A stretch of DNA of 64,000 nucleotides from Candidatus Poribacteria bacterium (GCA_965205015.1 OZ242029.1:5472001-5536000), one strand, 5' to 3'. Positions 9,827-19,496 are shown, counted from the stretch's first letter. Notes: generated by a model from the sequence alone, not told the origin. Made by a program: numbers and translations.

Positions 9827-10462
9827 TCACACCTTCCGTGATGCAGTTTTAACGGCATCAAAGATGAATGGATAGGTTCCACAGCGACACGTGTTGCCAG
9901 ACAAGCCGATTTTAATTTCTTCAAGGGTCGGACTTGGGTTCTCGTTCAACAGTGCTGCGGACGAGACGATAAAACCGGGTGTGCAGAATCCACACATCAT
10001 CGCGTCGTGTTGGATGAATGCTTCCTGAACAGGGTGCAAATCGTCGCCGTCTGCCAATCCCTCGACGGTTGTTATCTGCTTACCTTGGGCATCTATTGCG
10101 AGCATCATGCAAGCGTAGATCGACTTCCCATCTACCATGACGGTACAGCCGCCACATTCACCCCGATCGCAAATCAGTTTGGCACCAGTTAAGTCGACAT
10201 TGTCTCCGCTGGTATCAATGCCATCACGCAAAACGGTCAGAAGCGTTGTTCGCGCTTCAACCTCGACCTGATACGATTTCCCGTTGATATTCAGTTCGAT
10301 TGTCGCAGTCTCGATAGCGTCGCCCGCTTGGGCATCGGCGGCTTTTTCACTACCGATCAAGACGCTGGGTGCAACAGTTGCGGCAACGGTACCTGTACCT
10401 ACACCTTTCAAGAAGTTCCGGCGTGAGATGTTCGTCCCCTGCTTTTTGTCTTTATCAGGCAT
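9827..10462 (-). CDS. [2Fe-2S] subunit with Tat signal peptide (PaoA/YagT-like)
   Basis: SRRNFLK; CDRGECGGC, CGFCTPG, CRCG. Confidence 0.93.
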   Translation of the reverse strand: MPDKDKKQGTNISRRNFLKGVGTGTVAATVAPSVLIGSEKAADAQAGDAIETATIELNINGKSYQVEVEARTTLLTVLRDGIDTSGDNVDLTGAKLICDRGECGGCTVMVDGKSIYACMMLAIDAQGKQITTVEGLADGDDLHPVQEAFIQHDAMMCGFCTPGFIVSSAALLNENPSPTLEEIKIGLSGNTCRCGTYPFIFDAVKTASRKV

Positions 10463-10748
10463 GCGGTACCTCCTTCAATTGTGAGTTCGGATTAACGTTA
10501 TGTTCATCGCGTTGATTGAAAAATTCGTTATCTCTCAATTCGTTCCAATATAGCATATCTGACATTTTTTATCAAGAAAAAAAAACGAATCGGGCATAAT
10601 TAGGTTTCAGTGCGTAGACATGAAAAATTGATTGGCAATTTTTGTCAGGATAGAGTATCATATTAATGCACTTATAAGAGCGATGGCGCAAACACAATAT
10701 TATCAGGTAGCATTTCACCTATCAGATTCTAAAGAAAAAGGAGCTAAC

Positions 10749-11075
10749 ATGGCTGGAAACACATTTGAAATCAGCGACGATACGTTTGAAGGAATGGTGC
10801 TTACTTCAGATACACCCGTTGTTGTCGACTTTTGGGCAGAATGGTGCGGTCCTTGCAAAATGATTGCACCCATCTTAGAGGAACTCGCTGGTGAGAACTC
10901 AGAGACCTTTAAAGTTGGAAAAGTAAACGTCGATGACAACCGTCAGACAGCGATGCAGTACGGTGTTCGGAGTATCCCAACGCTTCTCGTTTTCAAAGAC
11001 GGCAAAGTTGCGGGGCAGATTGTCGGCGCGATGCCCAAAGATGCACTCAAGAAGAAAATCTTAGACACCCTATAA
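10749..11075 (+). CDS. trxA: Thioredoxin
   Basis: VDFWAEWCGPCK, SIPTL; AAGGAG SD before MAGNTF. Confidence 0.95.
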   Translation: MAGNTFEISDDTFEGMVLTSDTPVVVDFWAEWCGPCKMIAPILEELAGENSETFKVGKVNVDDNRQTAMQYGVRSIPTLLVFKDGKVAGQIVGAMPKDALKKKILDTL

Positions 11076-11123
11076 GCCGTCCGGTTCATAATCACCCCTC
11101 TGGCGAATGGAAGCTTTGCAAAT

Positions 11124-11228
11124 TATGGTGGATCTTAGAATTAAATGGACATTATGGACCTGTGTATTGGCGGGCAGGTGCAAGACCTGCCCCTACAAGG
11201 TGTCTATTTATTTTTCAAATTTACTATA
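11124..11228. repeat. Cassette with TATGGTG...TTTACTATA ends carrying a different REP
   Basis: Ends resemble copies 1 and 2; internal GGGCAGGT-GCAAG-ACCTGCCC-CTAC (11172-11196). Confidence 0.7.
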
Positions 11229-11284
11229 GATTCGCACTTCCATTCTCCCACCGTCTCTACCCTGCCATCCCTCTAAGGTTCATT

Positions 11285-12601
11285 ATGTTTTGGCAACTTG
11301 TCTATAACCTGTTCGCTGTCCCCATTATGTTTGTCGGTTTTTACAGTGCCGGGTGCTGCAATCCGAAGATTCAGGAAGGGATTAAGGGACGAAAACGCGT
11401 GTTTGCGGAACTCGCAGACCAACTCCAGACGGCTCGACCTCTGAAGAAAACAACATGGTTTCACTTTACCTCTGTCGGCGAATTTGAACAAGCAAAACCC
11501 CTTATCGAAGCGATTCATGCAGAGACCCGAATTGTTTTAACCTTTTTCTCCCCGTCCGTTGCCCCTAATGCCCGATCTTATGCCTACGCCGATGCCGCTG
11601 TTTACCTGCCATTGGATACACGGGGCAATGCGGAACGTTTGATACGTCTCATCGGACCTACGTTGATCGTCTTTTCCAAATTCGACATTTGGCCCAACCT
11701 CGTCTGGAAAGCCTCTAAACACGGCATTCCCATTATTGTTGTCGCTGGCACGCTACACGCTGCATCGAAACGGTTGTCTCGTTTCGCGAAGCCGTTTTTC
11801 CGGAGTGTGCATCGGTACATCCGAGTGCACTGTGCGATTTCGGAAGGGGATGCGGCGCGCTTTCAAGACCTCTGTTCACCCACACATGAAATTGTTGTCA
11901 CCGGCGATACCCGCTATGAGCAGGTCTACCGACGGGCAACAACAATTGAACCCGATGTCGAATTTTTCCCCGGACAAGCAACTTTAGGGCACGGCTTGCC
12001 AGTCCATATTGCAACGAAACGTCCAATTCTTATCGCTGGTAGCACCTATACAGAAGATGAGAAGGTGTTGTTACCGGCTTATCAGCTGCTGCGCCAAAAC
12101 GGACCTGATAATTTCCCACACTTAATTCTGGTACCCCACGAACCGACCCCTGAACGGATAAAGGAAATTCGTGAACATCTGGATCGAGAGAAATTGATAT
12201 ACCACTGCTTCTCTGAACTTAAATCTGAGACAGATTTATCGGCTGTGGATATTCTCATCGTCGATAAGGTAGGGCTGCTTGCGAAGTTATATGGGTTGGC
12301 AGATATAGCGTTTGTTGGTGGGAGTTTTCGCGGGAGCGTTCACAACGTAATGGAACCCGCTGCGATGGCGAAGCCTGTCCTATTCGGGCCGACCATCCAA
12401 AACGCGTATGAAGCGTCTTTGCTTGTGGAGCGAGGTGGCGCAAAATTGGTTCATACCGCGCAACAGTTGGCAGATACCCTTACCGTGTGGCTGAACGATA
12501 CAGACGCAAGTGTTACAGCGGGACATATCGGGCAGGAATTGATTACGGAGAATCTGGGCGCGGTGGATCGGACGTTGACGCATTTGCGGAGGTATGTGTA
12601 A
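11285..12601 (+). CDS. waaA: 3-deoxy-D-manno-octulosonic acid (Kdo) transferase
   Basis: WFHFTSVGE, YLPLD, TGDTRYE, AFVGGSF, HNVMEPA, PVLFGP. Confidence 0.9.
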   Translation: MFWQLVYNLFAVPIMFVGFYSAGCCNPKIQEGIKGRKRVFAELADQLQTARPLKKTTWFHFTSVGEFEQAKPLIEAIHAETRIVLTFFSPSVAPNARSYAYADAAVYLPLDTRGNAERLIRLIGPTLIVFSKFDIWPNLVWKASKHGIPIIVVAGTLHAASKRLSRFAKPFFRSVHRYIRVHCAISEGDAARFQDLCSPTHEIVVTGDTRYEQVYRRATTIEPDVEFFPGQATLGHGLPVHIATKRPILIAGSTYTEDEKVLLPAYQLLRQNGPDNFPHLILVPHEPTPERIKEIREHLDREKLIYHCFSELKSETDLSAVDILIVDKVGLLAKLYGLADIAFVGGSFRGSVHNVMEPAAMAKPVLFGPTIQNAYEASLLVERGGAKLVHTAQQLADTLTVWLNDTDASVTAGHIGQELITENLGAVDRTLTHLRRYV

Positions 12602-12748
12602 ATGTGCTGCGTGTAGACGTATTTTCTCTATCTTGACGCGGAGGTTCGGGAGGCGTCGCACGGATGCCAATCGCATGCGGTTTCTGTCGCAATACCTCCA
12701 AGAACTCCTGAGATGAGTACTGTACCAAAGGGCTTAAATATGGATATA

Positions 12749-13149
12749 TCAATCGCTATTTTCCATTAGAATCTGTGCGAAGTCGTCGAGCGTCTCTGCA
12801 AGGATCGCGGCGCGGTGCAATTGGGCAAGCCGATCTAAGTCCTCAATTGTCTCAAGTGTGGGTTTGAAGACAGTCGCTGCATACGGCTTTAATCGGAGTG
12901 TAAGCACTTCAAGGATGTCTTTCAGGGCGCGTTCCCTAGCACCTTGTTCAATGCCTTGTTCAATGCCTTGTTCAATGCCCTGTTCAATGCCTTGTTCAAT
13001 GCCTTGCTGTAGTGCTTCTGCTGCAAAGTTTTCAAAAATAGAAGGGCGTTCCATGGTTTCCTCCGAGATAATATTCAGAAGCAAAGATGGACGAAATCCT
13101 TAGGAGATATTTCAGCGGTTTTCTTAGAGGCGGTATCAAAGTTTGCCAC
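12749..13149 (-). pseudogene. Internally deleted Rpn/YhgA-like PD-(D/E)XK nuclease gene; C-terminal ORF 13054..12749 intact
   Basis: GTG 13149 gives MANFDTASKKTAEISPKDFVHLCF*; a different frame gives LNIISEETMERPSIF...QQ(GIEQ)5GA...; GGAGG SD before ATG 13054. Confidence 0.7.
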
Positions 13150-13276
13150 TTAAAGCCTTTCGTTGGTTCAGCACATTTCTTGTCAGGTGAATTATAACAT
13201 ATATAGGCAATTTATGTCCGTTTTTATTGTCCGAGACTGTGATTCAGACGCCCAAACTGTAGAGTTTTGTGGAAAG

Positions 13277-14332
13277 TTATTCCTGCACCTCGGTTCTGAC
13301 CGGTGGCTGTGTCAGATAACGAATTGTTAACATCGGACGCAGGTTTTCATCTGCTGCCTCTTTTGACGAAAAAACGATAGGTACACTGCCATCACGCAAG
13401 GCGAAAAGATAGCCGTAGTTGTAATCGGGATTCGCTACCCAAAAGCGGATGGCGTCGGTGAGGAGGTTGCTTTTAAATGTATAATGCTTTCCTGCTCCCT
13501 GAATCTCGCACGTGCCATCAATCCGATGGGCGACATCCTCAGAACCGTTGTAATCGCTTTCAGTATCGCCGTCTATGCCCGACAACATCGCTTGCGCGGG
13601 GGGTCTGTTCCACGGGAGATTCCGATGCAACGCGCTGTTATAGGTGAGCTCGTTATCTTCCGCACGCTCGGAGATACCCCTGCCCTCTCGCCATGGGAGC
13701 AACACACGGCGGAAGATGACGGTCTGTGCAGCGTCCGTATCGCATTGCTGGACATGTAGGCTTATCGAGGCTTCTAAGACTTGTGTCGGTTCCCGGATCC
13801 CTATATCTTCAAATGCATCATACAGATCAAAAGCGATGAAGAAAACAGTGCCCGTCGGATTACATTCGAGGGTCAACTCGGCACCCGAATTGTTGTTTCG
13901 CGTTTTGCGATCTTTATTGACAATCAGGCTCGTATCTTGCAAGCCGCCAGAGAACGTGACGGCGTCGCCTGTGCCAAAGGTTATCTCGTTTACAAGTGGA
14001 AGCGTTATTACGATTCCGGTTTGTGAACTGGGAAGTGTGAGGCGATAGGTTTTCTCAACCGCTAACGGCGAAGTGAGGAGCAGGACGCGATCGAGTCGTG
14101 AATCAAGTAGGGCGTATTCGAGTTGGACATCGGGTGCAATTTGATAATTATTCAGGTCTTCGGCAGTCTCTGCTTGTAATTGTCCATCAAATTGGAGTTG
14201 AATTGCGGTCTGTGATAATGGTGTCGCCTTCAGGAGTTTTGGGGCATCTGCTGAATTGGCGACCAAAATGGGATAAAATAGGAGAAAGAGAAATATTGAG
14301 AATGTGTCTGCGACGCTACGATAGATTTTCAA
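13277..14332 (-). CDS. Secreted Ig-like plus DNRLRE-type domain protein
   Basis: TTG start with GGAGAG SD; signal peptide; NYGYLF...FSSKE...RPMLTIRY C-terminus. Confidence 0.7.
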   Translation of the reverse strand: MKIYRSVADTFSIFLFLLFYPILVANSADAPKLLKATPLSQTAIQLQFDGQLQAETAEDLNNYQIAPDVQLEYALLDSRLDRVLLLTSPLAVEKTYRLTLPSSQTGIVITLPLVNEITFGTGDAVTFSGGLQDTSLIVNKDRKTRNNNSGAELTLECNPTGTVFFIAFDLYDAFEDIGIREPTQVLEASISLHVQQCDTDAAQTVIFRRVLLPWREGRGISERAEDNELTYNSALHRNLPWNRPPAQAMLSGIDGDTESDYNGSEDVAHRIDGTCEIQGAGKHYTFKSNLLTDAIRFWVANPDYNYGYLFALRDGSVPIVFSSKEAADENLRPMLTIRYLTQPPVRTEVQE

Positions 14333-14367
14333 GATGGCTCTCCAAAATTGTTTATCGCAACCAATCA

Positions 14368-14460
14368 TATGGGCAGGCACAAGACCTGCTCCTACAGGTT
14401 ATGGGCAGGCACAAGACCTGCTCCTACAGGTTATGGGCAGGCACAAGACCTGACCCTACA
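14368..14460. repeat. Tandem array of about 3 x 32-bp REP units
   Basis: TATGGGCAGGCACAAGACCTGCTCCTACAGGT repeated (third copy variant). Confidence 0.9.
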
Positions 14461-14467
14461 ATCGCTT

Positions 14468-15667
14468 CTATGGGACATCTGCTGTGATAAAGACGGCATT
14501 TAGGACCTCGCGTTCTCGCTGACCTGACGGCTTGTTGATGACCGCATCGCTAACGACAAAGGTGCTGGAAGAACCGCCGTCAAGATTAATCGCTTCGGTT
14601 GCGCCGAGGTCATTGAGAATACTGGCGAGTTCGTAGAGGGTTAATCCGGTGCTATACTTCGGTTGCCGCCCGTCTGCGACGACTAAAAAGAGTGTGTCCG
14701 CATTGTAGCCAAGCGCAGTGCGCGGTTCATGGCTCAGACTCAACACCGATGCGCGTTTACCGGGGGTGTGCCGCTTCTCAGCGTGATGCATCTCCACAAG
14801 CGTCTCATTTATCTTACCATCCTTAAGGAGTCGGAGCCGTCCGCCAATAGCATGTTGAACCCGATTCCATTCAGGCGGTGAGAGGGTAAGCGTAAGGGTA
14901 CCACTTGCCCCCACATCGAACTCAGAAACGCTTGGGTCTTTTAACCGTGTGCTCATCCAGAGGACTGCTCCATCTCTGGGAATTGGACTGTTCCCATCGC
15001 GTGAGATTCCCTTCACACGGTAAGGGTGCGCGTAATTTGGGGTCAAAGGGAGCGGGAGTCCGCCGATTATCACCTCACTGCCTCGGCGGCGGTTGGTATG
15101 GGTTGATTCACCGAGTCGTGGCGTGTAAAGCGTTACCTGACATCCATCAAGCCGTCGTTGATTAATGCATCCCAAGGGTAGTGTGTGCTCGCCTATTTGC
15201 AGGTTTGCTTTCATTTCTACGGGAGTGCTCAGGAATTCACCGGATTCGGTTACGCCGAAGCACGCCTCGGTATCTGTCGGTTGGGTGATGAGTTCACCGT
15301 CTTGGACATGCAGACTCTCTAATACACCGCCGTAACCGCGCATATCCCCAAGAACGCCGAACCCACCGTTGACTGCGACAAGGACGCGACGATCGCCACG
15401 TTGGGTGCGTCGATTCGCCATCGAACGCACGGTTTCCTTACCGAGTACTTGCGCATTCGCGAGTGCTACCTCAAAGTGTAGTGTCGGCTCATGTCGGGAC
15501 ATTTCAGCGACATAAAGGACGCACGTTTCGACATCCCAATCGTAACGGTAGAGATGGAGTCCCCGTGCTAAATCTGGAAACAGTGTTTTTTTCTCGCCAC
15601 CGGCTTGTGCGGTAGCGACTGTCACCATCAGGAATAGTAAACAGATGATAGCAGGGAATTTACGCAT
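14468..15667 (-). CDS. Secreted phosphodiester glycosidase (NAGPA/DUF2233) family protein
   Basis: AVNGGF, EPRTALG, VADGRQ, AINLDGGSSS. Confidence 0.88.
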   Translation of the reverse strand: MRKFPAIICLLFLMVTVATAQAGGEKKTLFPDLARGLHLYRYDWDVETCVLYVAEMSRHEPTLHFEVALANAQVLGKETVRSMANRRTQRGDRRVLVAVNGGFGVLGDMRGYGGVLESLHVQDGELITQPTDTEACFGVTESGEFLSTPVEMKANLQIGEHTLPLGCINQRRLDGCQVTLYTPRLGESTHTNRRRGSEVIIGGLPLPLTPNYAHPYRVKGISRDGNSPIPRDGAVLWMSTRLKDPSVSEFDVGASGTLTLTLSPPEWNRVQHAIGGRLRLLKDGKINETLVEMHHAEKRHTPGKRASVLSLSHEPRTALGYNADTLFLVVADGRQPKYSTGLTLYELASILNDLGATEAINLDGGSSSTFVVSDAVINKPSGQREREVLNAVFITADVP

Positions 15668-16016
15668 TACGGAAAATCTCAACAGCAAAATAATCAATGG
15701 GTTGCTCTATAGGGGGGTGCAGCTTCTTGACGATGAGATGGATCTCATCTACAGCGAATTGTTCTAAAATCACTGTAGCGATCCTCTCAGCGAGTGCCTC
15801 AATGAGTTGGAACGACTGCTGCGTGCCGATCTCAATGATACGCGTGACGACTTCAGAATAATCGATGGTGTCGGCGAGTGCGTCTGTCCTGCCGGGGTTC
15901 GCAAGCGTACACCCCAAGGTTGCATCAATTTCATAATGGCCACCGACGTGGCGCTCCGCTGCAGGAACGCCGTGGTGACCATGAAATCGAATCCCTTTGA
16001 GAATAATCTTATCCAT
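15660..16016 (-). CDS. folB: Dihydroneopterin aldolase
   Basis: FHGHHGV, ER, DTIDY, LIEALAE, VKK. Confidence 0.95.
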   Translation of the reverse strand: MDKIILKGIRFHGHHGVPAAERHVGGHYEIDATLGCTLANPGRTDALADTIDYSEVVTRIIEIGTQQSFQLIEALAERIATVILEQFAVDEIHLIVKKLHPPIEQPIDYFAVEIFRNA

Positions 16017-16018
16017 GA

Positions 16019-16639
16019 CTATTCTTCGGGAATCTCTCCAAAAGTATGGGCAGGTTCGATGAGGTATTTCACCTGTTTTCCGAACCTTCCATCGGTGTAA
16101 TCAATTGCGCGAATTTTCCAGCCCTTAGCCTCCTTTTTCAGTGCAGAAATCAGGTCGCCCTTCTGATTCCCCCAGGTATACGCGCCTCGTAAGACGGCTT
16201 CTTTCCCTCTGCTATCAATAGCGATATAGGTGATGTCAACCTGCATCTTTCCACCGCGGAGCCGGAATATTCCGTCCCATGCTTTGCTAACAGCCTTTCC
16301 GCCTTCGTTTTTTTCAAAGGTCCCCGCCCAGAACGTCCAAGCCGTAAAAATGTCTTTGCTCTCGCCAGGTAGCCACACGCCCGTTAGCGCGTCAACATCC
16401 TGGTCGCCATGGGCAACAGCGTACTCGGCATAAAGGTCCCGAATCGCCTGCTCCTCAGCGGCAAAGTCAATATCTCTTCCAACAACTACATCGGGTTGCG
16501 TTGATTCAGTGGATGTCGTTGTCGGCTGGGTTTGCTTATCAGGTGCTTCTGTTTCATCCGCAGTGTCGCCGCCACAAGCCATCAGTCCAACGGAAACCAG
16601 CAAAACGAGGATGAAATAATAAATAGCTTTCGGTTTCAT
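16019..16639 (-). CDS. Lipoprotein with NTF2/SnoaL-like domain
   Basis: LMAC lipobox; AIRDLYAEY...WKI pattern. Confidence 0.75.
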   Translation of the reverse strand: MKPKAIYYFILVLLVSVGLMACGGDTADETEAPDKQTQPTTTSTESTQPDVVVGRDIDFAAEEQAIRDLYAEYAVAHGDQDVDALTGVWLPGESKDIFTAWTFWAGTFEKNEGGKAVSKAWDGIFRLRGGKMQVDITYIAIDSRGKEAVLRGAYTWGNQKGDLISALKKEAKGWKIRAIDYTDGRFGKQVKYLIEPAHTFGEIPEE

Positions 16640-16740
16640 ATTGCCTTCTCTCCTCTGTTGAAGGTGATAGATAAATCACGTTCACACACTTTGTTCTATT
16701 TTACCCTATCACACGATAAAAATCAACACAATTTTAATAG

Positions 16741-16768
16741 CAACCAGCAATCAGCAATCAGCAATCAG
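16741..16768. repeat. Short heptamer tandem repeat (CAGCAAT)n
   Basis: CAACCAGCAATCAGCAATCAGCAATCAG. Confidence 0.7.
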
Positions 16769-16861
16769 TATAAAGATTGTTTTGTAATCGATTTTATGCT
16801 ATACTTTATCGGTACAGTTACATGCTGTTAACCTCTAAAACCTTGTCGAAAAGGAATTCCT

Positions 16862-17116
16862 ATGAACGTCACAGTCAAATACTTTGCCGTATGCCATGAA
16901 ATGTTAGATAGATCCGAGGAAGAGATGGAGCTCCCGGAGGGTGCTACTATACAAACAATATTAGAACGTCTTGAGGAAGAATGGCCCGAAATCGCCGAGT
17001 TTTATGAAGTGATGCAGATGTCCGTCAATTGGGAATATGCTACGGAACATACGGAACTCGCAGAAGGGGACGAAGTCGCCCTAATTCCACCAGTGACGGG
17101 AGGCTGCAATGTTTAA
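16862..17116 (+). CDS. moaD: Molybdopterin synthase sulfur carrier subunit (C-terminus GG-CNV)
   Basis: VKYFA, SVNWEY, GDEVALIPPVTGG. Confidence 0.9.
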   Translation: MNVTVKYFAVCHEMLDRSEEEMELPEGATIQTILERLEEEWPEIAEFYEVMQMSVNWEYATEHTELAEGDEVALIPPVTGGCNV

Positions 17117-17570
17117 GATAACGACAGAAGTTATCACAGGCGAGGAAGCGCGCGAAACCGTGGAGGGTCCAGACGCGGGCGCAGTTGTGTTATTCTTCGG
17201 CACAGTTCGGAATAATACTGATGGCAGATCGGTAAAATGTCTCGAATATGAAGCCTATCCCCCGATGGCAGAGAAGAAAATGGCAGAAATTGCACAAGAA
17301 ATCTCAGACAAGTGGGGTCTCGACCGCGTCGCAATGGTTCATCGCGTCGGAAAATTGGAAATCGGCGAGGTAAGCGTCGTCGTAGCAGTTGCGTCCCCGC
17401 ATCGCAAAGACGGGTTTGAAGCCTGCCAATACGCGATGGATCGCCTCAAACAGATCGTGCCTATCTGGAAACGCGAAGTCTGGGCAGATGGCGAAGCGGA
17501 ATGGGTGAAACCGGATGCCGTTTTCTTCGATGCTCCTAAGCCCCACAAAACCGCTTCACAAATTGACTAA
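17109..17570 (+). CDS. moaE: Molybdopterin synthase catalytic subunit
   Basis: GAVVLFFGTVR, YEAY, HRVG, SPHR, PIWKRE. Confidence 0.95.
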   Translation: MFKITTEVITGEEARETVEGPDAGAVVLFFGTVRNNTDGRSVKCLEYEAYPPMAEKKMAEIAQEISDKWGLDRVAMVHRVGKLEIGEVSVVVAVASPHRKDGFEACQYAMDRLKQIVPIWKREVWADGEAEWVKPDAVFFDAPKPHKTASQID

Positions 17571-18660
17571 AGATTGAAATGCCTTGTGGGAATTGGTCCA
17601 ACGCCATCCACTCATCGACTGTATGCGCCTGTAAAATACTGCCAGGTCCGATAATGACAGTCTCCATGTGCTGTCCGAAGACGGCTGCATCGGTGCCATA
17701 GGCGACGGTTTGAGGTTCGGTTTCGCCGGTTATTTCAAGTGCTGCTTGGATAATCTCCGCCTCGGGCGGTGTGCGCACTGGAGGCGCATCAATATACAAA
17801 TCGAATATTAACCCGTGCTTCTCAGCCGAGTCACGCGCGCGGTCTATCCACTCTTGCGAATTGTCCCCGGGCATTGGACGGTAATTGATACAACACACGC
17901 TTAACGGCGAAGTAATATTCCCTGGACACTCGCCATCACTGATAGTGATATTCCAATCCGTAAAAGCCGGTGTGAATTCATCGTTGAAATACTGAGTATT
18001 GGTTGTCAATTCGTGATAAATATCCCGCATTTCTGCGAGAAACGGAATTAACTTTAGATTCGCGTTGTCCCCTTCGCCTGTACTGCTGTGTGCTGCACGC
18101 CCGTGGGCTGTGGCAGTAAAGCGGACAGTCCCTTTGTGGGCATATACCGCATGGAGTTCTGTCGGTTCACCGACGACTCCATACTTCGGAAAGCCGTGCT
18201 TTTTGAACATCTGCGACTTTTCGGCAACCGCTGTTGCTCCGAGGTAGCCCACCTCTTCATCAGCCGTGATGACGACATAGAGGGGTGCTTTCAAATCCGA
18301 TGCTGCATAGTGGGACGCGACCTCAATCATACACGCAACACTGCCCTTCATATCGCAACTGCCTCTGCCGTACATCTTCCCATCATCAATCCGCGCCTCA
18401 AACGGATCCATCGACCAACCGGTAGTCGGCACAGTATCTATATGTCCGAGCAGCGCAAGCCCGCGTTCCCCGTTTATGGGTCCTTTACGACCAATGAGAT
18501 TTACCTTCAGCACACCTGCTCGGTCTCTGTATTCCACCCGTTCGACTTCACAATCAATGGATTCCAGCGTTTCGGTGAGAAAATCCATGACCTCAACATT
18601 GCTGAGATGGCTCACTGTATTATACCCAATGAGGGTTCTGGTCAATTCTTTTGCATCCAT
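17536..18660 (-). CDS. M20 family metallohydrolase, acetylornithine deacetylase (ArgE)-like
   Basis: GHIDTVP, GRGSCDMKG, DEEVG, GEPT, GRAAHSS, AHTVDE. Confidence 0.88.
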   Translation of the reverse strand: MDAKELTRTLIGYNTVSHLSNVEVMDFLTETLESIDCEVERVEYRDRAGVLKVNLIGRKGPINGERGLALLGHIDTVPTTGWSMDPFEARIDDGKMYGRGSCDMKGSVACMIEVASHYAASDLKAPLYVVITADEEVGYLGATAVAEKSQMFKKHGFPKYGVVGEPTELHAVYAHKGTVRFTATAHGRAAHSSTGEGDNANLKLIPFLAEMRDIYHELTTNTQYFNDEFTPAFTDWNITISDGECPGNITSPLSVCCINYRPMPGDNSQEWIDRARDSAEKHGLIFDLYIDAPPVRTPPEAEIIQAALEITGETEPQTVAYGTDAAVFGQHMETVIIGPGSILQAHTVDEWMALDQFPQGISIFSQFVKRFCGA

Positions 18661-18743
18661 AGTTAACAATTTTATAAAAAGCGGCGAAGTTTGTCAATGA
18701 TTTTTTTACAGTAGAGCAGAGCGTCGCGATTTAGCGATGGATC

Positions 18744-19481
18744 TCACAGTTGGTACTCATACGCGGCGATGGCGACGGCTACAATCGCGGCAGTTTCCGT
18801 GCGGAGGATGTTCCTTCCAAGCGTTACAGGTGTACATCCACTTTCAACAGCACTCGTGACCTCTTGATCGGAAAATCCACCTTCTGGTCCCACAAAGAGT
18901 GCAATAGAAGCCGGAGGTGGTGTCTCTCGCAAAACCGTCTGTATATGCTGGACCTGCGATCCCTGATTCCGATGCGGACTGAGGAGCAGACAGAGCGAAA
19001 ACCTATCAAGTTGGGCAAGTGCAGCCTCAAACGCCTGACCCTGGCACAATTCAGGCAACCACGCGCGTTCGGACTGCTTCATAGCAGAGATAAGAACCCG
19101 GTGCCAACGCGCATATCGGTTTTGACTCGGTTTCTGCAAAGCGTATTCCGAATGTAGTGGAACAATCCGTGTGATGCCGAGTTCGGTCGTTTTTTGGAGA
19201 ATTAACGCCATCTTATCGTTTTTGGGGAGTCCTTGAAAGAGCGTGATTTCCGGTGGAACAGACGGGTGAAATTTGTGGCTGAGGATCTGGGCTTCGCTTG
19301 AAATCCGAGTATCGTGTGTTTCAAGAATTTGCGCGGTATACACATTCCCTACTCCATCAATGATTCGGACAGTCTCACCCGGTCTTGTCCGGAGCACATT
19401 GCGGAGATGATGATGCTCCGAGCCCGTAACTATAGCGATATTATTGGATATCTGAGAGGGGAAAACATAGAAAGTGTGCAT
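18744..19481 (-). CDS. rsmE: 16S rRNA m3U1498 methyltransferase
   Basis: HLRNVLR, QKTTELG, KQSER, VGPEGGF, LGRNILRTETA. Confidence 0.95.
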   Translation of the reverse strand: MHTFYVFPSQISNNIAIVTGSEHHHLRNVLRTRPGETVRIIDGVGNVYTAQILETHDTRISSEAQILSHKFHPSVPPEITLFQGLPKNDKMALILQKTTELGITRIVPLHSEYALQKPSQNRYARWHRVLISAMKQSERAWLPELCQGQAFEAALAQLDRFSLCLLLSPHRNQGSQVQHIQTVLRETPPPASIALFVGPEGGFSDQEVTSAVESGCTPVTLGRNILRTETAAIVAVAIAAYEYQL

Positions 19482-19496
19482 CTTGCGAGCAACGTC

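Noticed and set aside
12543-12752. 69-aa ORF downstream of the Rpn remnant
   Set aside because: It overlaps the end of waaA on the opposite strand and has no recognisable motif; it cannot be supported.
16780-16861. Moco riboswitch upstream of moaD or of the molybdoenzyme operon
   Set aside because: No recognisable conserved motif by eye; an Rfam scan would be needed to exclude it fully.
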